The translations under genes were made by a program, and so were the position numbers. The notes beneath the pieces are model-generated. The model ran no database searches and was not told where the DNA came from. It saw nothing but the letters and a program-made list of their open reading frames with translations. Shown in pieces: positions 8,553-17,162 of a stretch of DNA of 64,000 nt; position 1 is the first letter of the stretch, and every line of letters begins with the position of its first letter. The stretch covers positions 1 through 64,000 of IMG/VR virus record IMGVR_UViG_3300028840_008160; one strand, 5' to 3'.

Positions 8553-10383
8553 TTTAGATCAGAGCAAATTACTTGGCAGTGGTGGTGAGGCTAATGTTAT
8601 TAGACATGGCAAATATGCAATAAAAGTGTATCATAAACCGACCGTTGACAGAATTCAGAAATTGACTGATTTTTTTAAGAAGGGATTTAATTTACCAAAT
8701 AATGTTTTCAGTCCTATCGAGCCTGTGACAAGCACTAAAGGTAAGATGATAGGTTTTGCCATGCAGGCAGCAACAAAAAAGTGTCCTGAGTTTATTCATC
8801 TTTACGATACTACGTTTCGTAGCACACAACGTATTAGTTCGGTGGATATTGTTAAGTTATTTATTCACACTAAACAAACGCTGGATGCTATACATCAACT
8901 TGGATTGGTAGTAGGTGATTTTAATGATTTAAATCAACTTTTTGACGATACATTTTCTTCTATCTTTATAGATGTAGATTCTTATCAGTTTGATAATTAT
9001 CCATGTATAGTCGGGACAGATTCATATATCGATCCAAATTTGTATGGATTTGATTTGACTAAGAAGCCGTCATTTTCAAAACAAACTGATTGGTACTCGT
9101 TTGCTGTTTTACTATTTAGAAGTTTATTGTTTGTGCATCCTTATGGAGGATTTTACAAAAAATATAAGACGCTATTTGCACGAGCTCAAAATAATGTATG
9201 GGTATTTGATAGTAATGTTATTAAGCCAAAAATAGGATTACATCCGGAAACATTGAGCGACGAGTTGTTGAGTTATTTTGATGCAATATTCACGAAAGGT
9301 CAACGATTAGATTTACCATTACATCTTTTGCAGCAGCAAACATTTAACGAATGTAAAGTTTGCGGCACGCAATTTAGTCATACACGAGGTAAATGCCCAC
9401 AATGTCAGAAAGTCGCCCCGTTTAAGACTGTTGATGTTAGTAGTATTTTAACACATAAAGTTATTGGCAATGAGAAGTGTGAGACTACAACTGTATTCGA
9501 AGTTAACGGCACAATTTTGTTTGTCAAAGTTGTTGCTGGTATAATAGTAATAGTATCGTATGATGACAGTTCAACAGTGCTTGATACAATTGATACGAGT
9601 GGCTATAAGCAACGTGTAGTGTTGTGGTCTGGGCACAGAAAAGATGTAAAGTTTGATTTTATGTTTCCATCATGTTTGGTTGTTGGGTATGATAAAACAT
9701 TAATATTACTACATATTGGTGATAGTGACGCTAAAGAAATTGTTAAAACAACAACAATGACATTTTTAGATGAACCTATTTTTGGATGTAGTGAAAGTCA
9801 TTTGTATCGTTTGACACCAACGATGATAATGTCATCGCAATTACACCGTTCAGGTCAGTTAATAGAAAAAGGATTAGTATCAGCTGTAGCAAATCAAACG
9901 CAGTTTTTTGTGGGACAAAATCAATTTGGTTTGGGATTCTATAGAGTTTTCAGTGATTATAAATTCTTTACGGTGTCTGACATACAAGGTAGACATGAGG
10001 TAGAATTAGATCAATTAAATGGACAGATGATTGATATTGATGTCAAAGTATCTGTTAATAGTTTGATTTTATTGCGAAAGAGTTTGAATAAAGGTCGGAC
10101 ATATTCACATTGGCATATGATAAATGATAAAGGTCAGGTTGTTGAATCTAAGTCAGAAGAGTCAATTAATTCAGAATTGCTTAGAAACATTCATGGAAAG
10201 GAGCTCGCAGGGTCTAATATCATTCATTCTACAGATGCAGGTATTGCCGTTGAGAAGCATGGTAATGTATCGTTGAAGGTATCAACAGCAGAGATTGTTA
10301 ATACAGGTCATAGATTAATGTTATACAAACACGGACTGTTAGCAGTTTCTGAAAAGAAAATCGTGTATCTTGTTTTGAAGTAG
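8521..10383 (+). CDS. Ser/Thr protein kinase (YegI/TerY-P-like) with Zn ribbon and beta-rich C-terminal region
   Basis: LGSGGEA glycine loop, AIKVY, VGDFNDLN catalytic loop, IDVDS, TDWYSFAV, HPY; CKVC...CPQC. Confidence 0.82.
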   Translation: MKIVLCGQTIDLDQSKLLGSGGEANVIRHGKYAIKVYHKPTVDRIQKLTDFFKKGFNLPNNVFSPIEPVTSTKGKMIGFAMQAATKKCPEFIHLYDTTFRSTQRISSVDIVKLFIHTKQTLDAIHQLGLVVGDFNDLNQLFDDTFSSIFIDVDSYQFDNYPCIVGTDSYIDPNLYGFDLTKKPSFSKQTDWYSFAVLLFRSLLFVHPYGGFYKKYKTLFARAQNNVWVFDSNVIKPKIGLHPETLSDELLSYFDAIFTKGQRLDLPLHLLQQQTFNECKVCGTQFSHTRGKCPQCQKVAPFKTVDVSSILTHKVIGNEKCETTTVFEVNGTILFVKVVAGIIVIVSYDDSSTVLDTIDTSGYKQRVVLWSGHRKDVKFDFMFPSCLVVGYDKTLILLHIGDSDAKEIVKTTTMTFLDEPIFGCSESHLYRLTPTMIMSSQLHRSGQLIEKGLVSAVANQTQFFVGQNQFGLGFYRVFSDYKFFTVSDIQGRHEVELDQLNGQMIDIDVKVSVNSLILLRKSLNKGRTYSHWHMINDKGQVVESKSEESINSELLRNIHGKELAGSNIIHSTDAGIAVEKHGNVSLKVSTAEIVNTGHRLMLYKHGLLAVSEKKIVYLVLK

Positions 10384-10393
10384 GAGGATTTTT

Positions 10394-10678
10394 GTGGCTA
10401 AGAAATTGTATGTTGGTAATCTCCCTTGGAGTGCTACTGACGAAAGTCTGCGCGATTTTTGCGCACAGTTTGGTGAAGTTGTATCGGCTCAGGTAATCAC
10501 GGATCGAGAGTCTGGTCGGTCACGTGGTTTTGGTTTCGTCGAAATGACAAATGCTGATGAAGCAATGTCTTTACTTAATGGTAAAGATTTTGACGGCAGA
10601 CAGCTCAAGGTGAATGAAGCCCGTGAGCGGCAGAAACCACAAAGAAGCGGTGGTGAATATAACAGAAACAGATATTAA
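10394..10678 (+). CDS. RRM (RNP-1) RNA-binding protein
   Basis: RNP2 KLYVGNL, RNP1 RGFGFVEM, LNGKDFDGRQLKVNEA; RBS aggagg. Confidence 0.93.
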   Translation: MAKKLYVGNLPWSATDESLRDFCAQFGEVVSAQVITDRESGRSRGFGFVEMTNADEAMSLLNGKDFDGRQLKVNEARERQKPQRSGGEYNRNRY

Positions 10679-10730
10679 GCCTAGTTAGCTATACTGAGTT
10701 ATCTTTTAACTTATCTTATGGAGGTGTAGC

Positions 10731-11693
10731 ATGAATAAACCTACGTTTTATGATCCGGCTAAAATAGGTACATTGTACCTTCCACGGCTAGCAGACATAG
10801 AGGCAGAAGCTGCGAAAGTAAGTATTCCGGCTTCTGCCTCTGATCGTCCCGGTGCTAAAGTTGCACTGATGCTTATCGATTTTCAAATTGATTTTTGCCA
10901 TAAGACAGGGTCGTTGTATGTCAATGGTGCAGAAAAAGACATAGAGAATGCTGTCAACTTCATTTTAGCAAATCTTGAGCGGCTTACGAACATTTTTGCG
11001 TCTTTGGATTCACACCTTCTTTTCCAGATTTTCTATCGTACATGGTGGCAATTACAGAACGGCGAGAAGCCTGATTTGTTTACAGAAATTTACAAAGAAG
11101 GTGGTTCTGGCCCAATGGCGAAGAATATTGACAGCGGTGATGTTCGACCGTTGCTTGACCCTGTTAACAGTATCAGCTATACTGAAAAGTTGATGCTTCA
11201 GGCAAATAAGCCTCTTTGCATTTGGCCATATCATACAATGCTTGGTACTCCGGGACAGGCGATGGATCCTGCATTGTACGAAGTTTTGGCTTATCATGCG
11301 TTTGTCAGGAAGACACAGTTGAATTTCTTACAGAAGGGACAAATACCTCAAACTGAAATGTATGGTATTCTCAGCCCTGAGGTAAAGATGCCGAATCATC
11401 CACAAGGCGGATTCAACACTGATTTTCTTAACATTCTGATGAAGCATGATAAAGTTATTATTGCCGGCGAGGCAAAGAGTCATTGTGTGTTGGCTTCTAT
11501 CATGCAGATTCATGAGTTTTTCAGCAAAACAGACCCTGATGTTTTGAAGAAAGTATTCATTTTGGAAGATTGTATGAGTTCTGTGCCTCATCCAGCGATT
11601 GATTTTGAAGCTATTGCTGTTGCTGAATTTGACAAATTCAGAAATTCTGGCATTAACATCGTCAAAAGTACCGATTTGGATCTTACAGCATAA
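10731..11693 (+). CDS. pncA: Nicotinamidase-like cysteine hydrolase (isochorismatase fold)
   Basis: LIDFQIDFC (catalytic Asp), LDSH and WPYH metal ligands, KG, AGEAKSHCV (catalytic Cys); clustered with pncB and nadE. Confidence 0.78.
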   Translation: MNKPTFYDPAKIGTLYLPRLADIEAEAAKVSIPASASDRPGAKVALMLIDFQIDFCHKTGSLYVNGAEKDIENAVNFILANLERLTNIFASLDSHLLFQIFYRTWWQLQNGEKPDLFTEIYKEGGSGPMAKNIDSGDVRPLLDPVNSISYTEKLMLQANKPLCIWPYHTMLGTPGQAMDPALYEVLAYHAFVRKTQLNFLQKGQIPQTEMYGILSPEVKMPNHPQGGFNTDFLNILMKHDKVIIAGEAKSHCVLASIMQIHEFFSKTDPDVLKKVFILEDCMSSVPHPAIDFEAIAVAEFDKFRNSGINIVKSTDLDLTA

Positions 11694-11722
11694 GATTCAG
11701 ACTTCATATTAAAGGAGGTAAC

Positions 11723-12505
11723 ATGTCATCAAATCCGATTGGCATTACAGATATTAAAAGTCTTGTATCTAATGCCGTAAGTGAGAATGAGGTTAGCGAT
11801 GCTGCAGGTCAGATAATGATAAGCAGCTTGAACGACACAAATATTCTTGGTTGTACCGGTGTTGATGTCGACGATCTTACTGTCGACAATGTGACATTGG
11901 TATCAATCGCGCTAGACGCGTCATATTCAATGTACGAACATGAACAGACTGTTCGTGAAGCATATGATGAATTGGTCATCAAAGCTATGAAAGAATCAAA
12001 GCAGGCGAATTCAATGCTTGTCAGCACTCGAGTCTTTGACGAAACTGATCGAATTCTTTATGGATTCAAGAAAGTCGAGGATGTTGGCAAAGTTGGTAGT
12101 CAATATACAGCACAAGGCGGAGCTACGCTACTTCATGATACAGCTATTGCAGCCATGACTGGCATTCGTGCTTATGCCAAGAACTTGAATGATAGTGGCG
12201 TACAGACAAAATGTATTGTTGTTGTCATGTCAGATGGAGGCAATAATACAGGGACTTTGAGTCCTGATCCTGTCAAGAAACTTGCTGAAGACTGTATCAA
12301 GTCAGAAATGTTCTATTTGGTGTATGTTGGATTTAAACAACACTCATCAGATAATCTTGAGGCAATCGGCAAGTCAATGGGATTTCCCAATGTATTGACT
12401 GCTGCTAAATCTCCTAGCGAAATGAGAAAAGCTATGGGTCTTGTTAGTCAATCAATTATTCGTGCTAGTCAAACACAGGTCGGGCCAAGTAATTCTTTCT
12501 TTTGA
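11723..12505 (+). CDS. vWA domain protein (TerY-like)
   Basis: MIDAS DASYS (DxSxS), GATLLHD, VVVMSDG. Confidence 0.8.
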   Translation: MSSNPIGITDIKSLVSNAVSENEVSDAAGQIMISSLNDTNILGCTGVDVDDLTVDNVTLVSIALDASYSMYEHEQTVREAYDELVIKAMKESKQANSMLVSTRVFDETDRILYGFKKVEDVGKVGSQYTAQGGATLLHDTAIAAMTGIRAYAKNLNDSGVQTKCIVVVMSDGGNNTGTLSPDPVKKLAEDCIKSEMFYLVYVGFKQHSSDNLEAIGKSMGFPNVLTAAKSPSEMRKAMGLVSQSIIRASQTQVGPSNSFF

Positions 12506-12530
12506 GTTTACTAATACAATAACATAAAAT

Positions 12531-12556
12531 GGTCGGTTAAAACCGGCCTTTTCTTT
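12531..12556 (+). terminator. Intrinsic terminator ending the pncB-to-vWA cluster
   Basis: ggtcggt-taaa-accggcc stem-loop followed by a T-run. Confidence 0.6.
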
Positions 12557-12602
12557 GTAGTGTCATTGATTTATTTAATGATTATATTTAAGGAGGTGAT
12601 GA

Positions 12603-13106
12603 ATGATTAAATATCTTAAAGGTGATGCCACAGCACCGGTGTTAGATAAAGCATTGATAGCACACGTTTGTAATAATTGGGGAGGTTGGGGGGCTGGATT
12701 TGTATTAGCTATCTCAAAACGATGGTCTGAACCAGAAAAAGCATATCGTGACTGGTATAAAGGTATAGTAGACAATATCGCACAAGAACGTGACAAGGAT
12801 AAATTTGCATTAGGTAATGTGCAATTTGTGCTGGTGTTTGATAAAGGTATTTGGGTAGCTAACATGATTGCGCAAGACGGTTTCAAGAAAGCTGGCGATC
12901 CAAAAGACAAAGTTTATTTAGATTATGATGCGCTTAACATGACTCTTTGTGAAGTTTGCAAATTTGCAAGAAAGAAAGGTCTGACATTACATATGCCTAG
13001 AATAGGTTGCGGTCTTGCAGGAGGGCGATGGGATTTGATTGAACCATTACTTGAGACTCATTCTGATGATAACAAAGTTGATGTATACGTGTATGATTTT
13101 GAATGA
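12603..13106 (+). CDS. Macrodomain ADP-ribosylhydrolase (Poa1p/SCO6735-like)
   Basis: KGDAT, IAHVCNNWGGWGAGF, WVANMIAQ, HMPRIGCGLAGGRW. Confidence 0.85.
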   Translation: MIKYLKGDATAPVLDKALIAHVCNNWGGWGAGFVLAISKRWSEPEKAYRDWYKGIVDNIAQERDKDKFALGNVQFVLVFDKGIWVANMIAQDGFKKAGDPKDKVYLDYDALNMTLCEVCKFARKKGLTLHMPRIGCGLAGGRWDLIEPLLETHSDDNKVDVYVYDFE

Positions 13107-13489
13107 AACAAATTATTTTATATCCATGGCATAGTACAACTAGAGCTGAGTTTATACAAGCTCTTAAATCTAATCCAGAGCAAGCAACACTTGTTAAAGG
13201 AAACGACATTGTTAAGAGTAAAATGCGGTTTAATGTTGAGCCGAATAGAAATGATTGCAGTTCTTTGCATGAATTTAAAGACTATGAAATAACTATAAAA
13301 TGCTCTGATGGTGATGCAACTATTGTTTTAGATGATGGCAAGTTTGTATTTATTGAAGATTCAAATGTTCAAGAATTAAGTAAATATGAATTTATTTTAA
13401 ATGAAATACAAGAAGAAGAAAAGACAGAGCCGACAAGACAGCAAAGACAGCAAATGGCAAAACCTAGAAAGCCTTTTAAATTTAGGTAA
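13103..13489 (+). CDS. Hypothetical protein
   Basis: ATGA-coupled to the macrodomain gene. Confidence 0.55.
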   Translation: MKQIILYPWHSTTRAEFIQALKSNPEQATLVKGNDIVKSKMRFNVEPNRNDCSSLHEFKDYEITIKCSDGDATIVLDDGKFVFIEDSNVQELSKYEFILNEIQEEEKTEPTRQQRQQMAKPRKPFKFR

Positions 13490-13492
13490 GAT

Positions 13493-14176
13493 ATGAAACA
13501 GTTATTTAAAGCTGATTTTGTTCGTGATTCTTTTTTCACATATACAACCGGCATGCGTGATAAAAATGCTGTTCAACAAATTATGCTGGCGTATAGATTA
13601 GCTAAATATGCTCAAATGAATAAGTTTGGTGGTGATAATATTGATAGACCGAAAATTGCTGTGAAGATATTTTTGTTTTTGGTAAAACAATTTAGAAGGT
13701 CTTATACAAACATTAAGCTTGAAATTGATGTGACAGCTATATTGTTAAGTTATGTCATTCGCAATTCATACATGCTAACACAAGATGATGTTATAAAGAT
13801 ATTTGGACAAAACGTTGATAAAAAAGTTGCAGAATTAATTGGCTTTGATCGAATTGTAGATTCAAGAGCAAAAATTACAATTGCTAAACAATCTAAGTTT
13901 AAAGATGAGATTTCAAAGCAGACGATGATTATGCGTGCAGCTATAACAATGGCAGAATTAAGAACATTAACGTTAACTAAAGCAAGAGCATTTCCTGCAA
14001 AAGTATATGAACGCTATTTGCCGGTTTTTAACGCTTATCCAGATGTTTGTCATGTAGTAGCTAATGAGTTAAAAATATGGTTGGTTAAAAAATTGAAAGA
14101 AGCACAATCAAGCACAGATTATAATTTAACATCAGGAAATATGTTTTCATATTTTACTATTTTGCAAGATTTATAA
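13493..14176 (+). CDS. Degenerate RelA/SpoT-type HD (alarmone hydrolase-like) domain protein
   Basis: LAYRLAKYAQ, TAILLSYVIRNS...IFGQNV (cf. AALLHDVIEDT...FG.EV), IMRAAITMAELRTL (cf. IKLADRLHNMRTL), ERYLPVF; catalytic HD, ED and D residues are missing. Confidence 0.55.
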   Translation: MKQLFKADFVRDSFFTYTTGMRDKNAVQQIMLAYRLAKYAQMNKFGGDNIDRPKIAVKIFLFLVKQFRRSYTNIKLEIDVTAILLSYVIRNSYMLTQDDVIKIFGQNVDKKVAELIGFDRIVDSRAKITIAKQSKFKDEISKQTMIMRAAITMAELRTLTLTKARAFPAKVYERYLPVFNAYPDVCHVVANELKIWLVKKLKEAQSSTDYNLTSGNMFSYFTILQDL

Positions 14177-14995
14177 CTTTATATTTTGCTCATTTTTGAT
14201 AGCATCAATTAGTTTATTATATTTCTTCCGGTCAACAGACCACGAATTGTCTTTTTTCTGTCGAAGAAAGTTTTCATAGTAACTACGAGCATATCTGTTT
14301 GATGTTTTTTGCTCTAAATTGTTTAATTTTTGTTCTTCTGCAGACGTGTCTTCACCGCGTTTCTTTTTAAGCAAGTATTTAAGTGTTAGTTTAGCTAATT
14401 TCAAATTTTTCTTAATCGATTTTAGATTTTTCTTACGTATTTCAAAGTAAGCCCACGCTTTTTCTCCTGCATCAACGCGTGTAGTCATTGTTTCTGAATT
14501 AAACCAAGGTTGACGTTCTGCCCACTCTCTAAATAGTTTGCTATATTTTTCATATGATGCAGGATCCCAATTAGGATAATCGTCGTCTTCTTCAAATGGT
14601 CTCGAATGCCAAGTACCAAGATCTCTTATGCCAAACTCAACACCAATCGGCTTATTTTTGTTGTCGGTCTGAATTTCGGCTTCGTCTTTTTGTTGATGAA
14701 ACGAGTAATCATGTGGATCTTTTGGAAAGCGTAATGAATTGAGAGAATTTTTGATAGCATCTGCAGGAAATTCTTGTGATTGTTTTTGTGTTTGACGCTT
14801 TTGTGATAATTCTGATTTCAGTTCTTTTTTATCTGATGGCATAATCTGTTGTGCTGGTTGCCCTGGTTGCGCTGTTATTCTTCGTTTACTTTTTGGATGA
14901 CGTTGTAAATACGCTTTTTGTTCTTCGTATGTCAAATTATCCCACTTACGAGACTCTTTAATAAATTCAACTTGTATTTGAGCTAGATGTTTCAT
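14171..14995 (-). CDS. Hypothetical, probable internal head protein
   Basis: Strong RBS; N-terminal MKHLAQIQ..FIKES then WDNLTYEEQKAYLQRHPKSK motif shared with ORFs 19205 and 41131. Confidence 0.55.
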   Translation of the reverse strand: MKHLAQIQVEFIKESRKWDNLTYEEQKAYLQRHPKSKRRITAQPGQPAQQIMPSDKKELKSELSQKRQTQKQSQEFPADAIKNSLNSLRFPKDPHDYSFHQQKDEAEIQTDNKNKPIGVEFGIRDLGTWHSRPFEEDDDYPNWDPASYEKYSKLFREWAERQPWFNSETMTTRVDAGEKAWAYFEIRKKNLKSIKKNLKLAKLTLKYLLKKKRGEDTSAEEQKLNNLEQKTSNRYARSYYENFLRQKKDNSWSVDRKKYNKLIDAIKNEQNIKL

Positions 14996-15060
14996 GTATT
15001 CTCCTTATAATACTCTTATAGTATCACTATATTTATGAGAGAATTATAAAGGAGATATAT

Positions 15061-15999
15061 ATGACTAGGATTTTGCAAATTGATGGTGGCGGTGTAAGAG
15101 GAATAATTCCTGCGATTATTTGCGCAGAAATAGAACAAAATGTCGGTCGTCCAATTAATGAAATTTTTGATTTAATCACTGGCACATCTACAGGAGCTGT
15201 AATAGGAGGTTCATTGGCATTTGGCATTGCTGCTACTACAGTTAGAGATTTGTATTTAACGGCTGTGCCAGAGCTATTTAAACGAAGACCGTTGTGGAAT
15301 CCTAAGAATTGGTTTAGAGAGAAGTATGACAGAACAGAGTTTCAAGAACAACTACGAAAATATCTTGGTAATCAAAAAATGTCTCAAGCAAAAACAAAAT
15401 ATATGGCGACAGCTTTTAATTTAAGTTCACAACGTACTCATTTTATTAAATCGTGGGACGACAAAGATAATAGATGGAATATAGTTGATGTCATTTCCTG
15501 GTCTGCTTTATCTGCTGCGTTTTATTTTGGAAAGATCAACGTGCCGAATTATAATTGGACACTTACTAATGCAATGAGTGCCACAGAACAAAAGATAGGA
15601 GCTACATTTCAAGACGGTGGACAGGGCATAAGTAATTGTACATTAGGATTTGATTTAGATGAATGTTTAGCAAATGATTGGCATGACGTGTTTATTTTAT
15701 CTATAGGCACAGGCCAACGTAGTATGTATATTCCTTATAAAAAGACAGCAAAAACCGGTTATATTGCACAAGTTATAGATTATATTTTTCAAGCTAGAAA
15801 TGAAGCGACGCCGACGCAATTTTTAACAGCAAAATATGTTGCCAACAAAAGAGAAGATTATATATTGAGTCGATTAGATGCGAACATTTCAAAGAAACAG
15901 GAACCACTTGATTCTATTAAATATGTTGATGAATACGAAAAAATAGGCAATGAATTAGCAAAGAAGGTGCCATATCAATATTTAAAGTCAATAGTGTAA
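15061..15999 (+). CDS. Patatin-like phospholipase
   Basis: DGGGVRG oxyanion loop, GTSTG nucleophile elbow, SALSAA, DGG, LSIGTG. Confidence 0.88.
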   Translation: MTRILQIDGGGVRGIIPAIICAEIEQNVGRPINEIFDLITGTSTGAVIGGSLAFGIAATTVRDLYLTAVPELFKRRPLWNPKNWFREKYDRTEFQEQLRKYLGNQKMSQAKTKYMATAFNLSSQRTHFIKSWDDKDNRWNIVDVISWSALSAAFYFGKINVPNYNWTLTNAMSATEQKIGATFQDGGQGISNCTLGFDLDECLANDWHDVFILSIGTGQRSMYIPYKKTAKTGYIAQVIDYIFQARNEATPTQFLTAKYVANKREDYILSRLDANISKKQEPLDSIKYVDEYEKIGNELAKKVPYQYLKSIV

Positions 16000-16182
16000 A
16001 TTATTTGATAACGACTGCAAATAATGATTCATAAACATTAATGAAAGGAGGCAAACTAGTTATATTGTGGCAAATGTAGATGAGATTTATTAACCGACCG
16101 ACAACAAGGTCAGCTTCGTTGTACTGAATAAAAAGTACAACACAACCGAACCAATGAAACGGTTCACAAAAGGAGAAAGAAA

Positions 16183-17112
16183 ATGAATTCTGCTATTTTA
16201 AAATCTCGCATTGACGAAGCGTCAACGATCCTCAAGTCATACTTCGATTTCAAAGAATCAGATAAAACTGTTGAAGTTATTATAACAGCTTTACAAAAAA
16301 TCGGCATTGATGATTCTGAATTAGGTTTCAAAATTCTTGAAGCAGAATCAACAACAGTTGCTGATTTCGCTCAAGCGTTTCGTGGTATGGGTTATGATCT
16401 TCCAGAGCCAAGAATTAAAGTTGCTTGGCTAATATTAAAAGGTCAAGATCCATTTGAACAAAAAGAAGTCAATCTTACGCCTCACAGCCCAGACTTAGTT
16501 AAAGCAGTCGTAGAACAACTAGAACGACAAAAGCCAATTGGACAATGGAGTGACACAGATTTACTAGAACAATATAGTAAGCATTGTCCGATGAAGATTG
16601 AAGAAGAACTTGCCAAAAGATCAAAAGGTCGACCTGTAATTATTTTTGAACAGGATGGTACAGTAAATTTACCTGTGTCACTTATATTGTTAAGACAGGC
16701 GCGACATCAGGATACGCCAAGCATGTATATTGTTGATGGTGAATCTAGTGGAATGCGACAAGTATATAAAGTCGGTGATTTTCCGATGAATGTTTTGTAT
16801 GAATGCCCTGTTCATGCCAATGTGCTTTTAACTGAAGGATATTGTGAAGAATGTGGCTTAAAGTGGGTAGATTTTGAGGCTAATAAAGATAAATATATTT
16901 TCTTAAGATTAGTATCAGAAACCACACGAATTGAGCCTGTTGTATTGAGAATGTATTTGACTCAGAGTTTTGAAGATTTGGTGAAACTATATCCTAAAGT
17001 TTTGATGAAGTATAACACATTGAAAGAAGAAGAGAAGTTACCGACTTTAAAGCGTCGCATTTCGAAAAGCAAAAATGGTGATCCTTTCCGAGTTGTTCAC
17101 ACTACATACTAA
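16183..17112 (+). CDS. Hypothetical protein with Zn ribbon
   Basis: RBS aaggag; CPVH...GYCEECG. Confidence 0.65.
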   Translation: MNSAILKSRIDEASTILKSYFDFKESDKTVEVIITALQKIGIDDSELGFKILEAESTTVADFAQAFRGMGYDLPEPRIKVAWLILKGQDPFEQKEVNLTPHSPDLVKAVVEQLERQKPIGQWSDTDLLEQYSKHCPMKIEEELAKRSKGRPVIIFEQDGTVNLPVSLILLRQARHQDTPSMYIVDGESSGMRQVYKVGDFPMNVLYECPVHANVLLTEGYCEECGLKWVDFEANKDKYIFLRLVSETTRIEPVVLRMYLTQSFEDLVKLYPKVLMKYNTLKEEEKLPTLKRRISKSKNGDPFRVVHTTY

Positions 17113-17119
17113 GTGCAAG

Positions 17120-17147
17120 AAAGGGAGAGATTTATGTCTCTCCCTTT
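17120..17147 (+). terminator. Intrinsic terminator
   Basis: aaagggagaga / tctctcccttt 11-bp inverted repeat. Confidence 0.65.
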
Positions 17148-17162
17148 ATAACGAAAGGCTGT

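Noticed and set aside
15061-15999. CBASS operon
   Set aside because: No CD-NTase or Cap2/Cap3 genes flank the patatin.
16045-16115. c-di-GMP-I riboswitch suggested by ggcaaac
   Set aside because: The GNRA-capped P2 stem and the downstream GCAAAG/receptor stem are not present.
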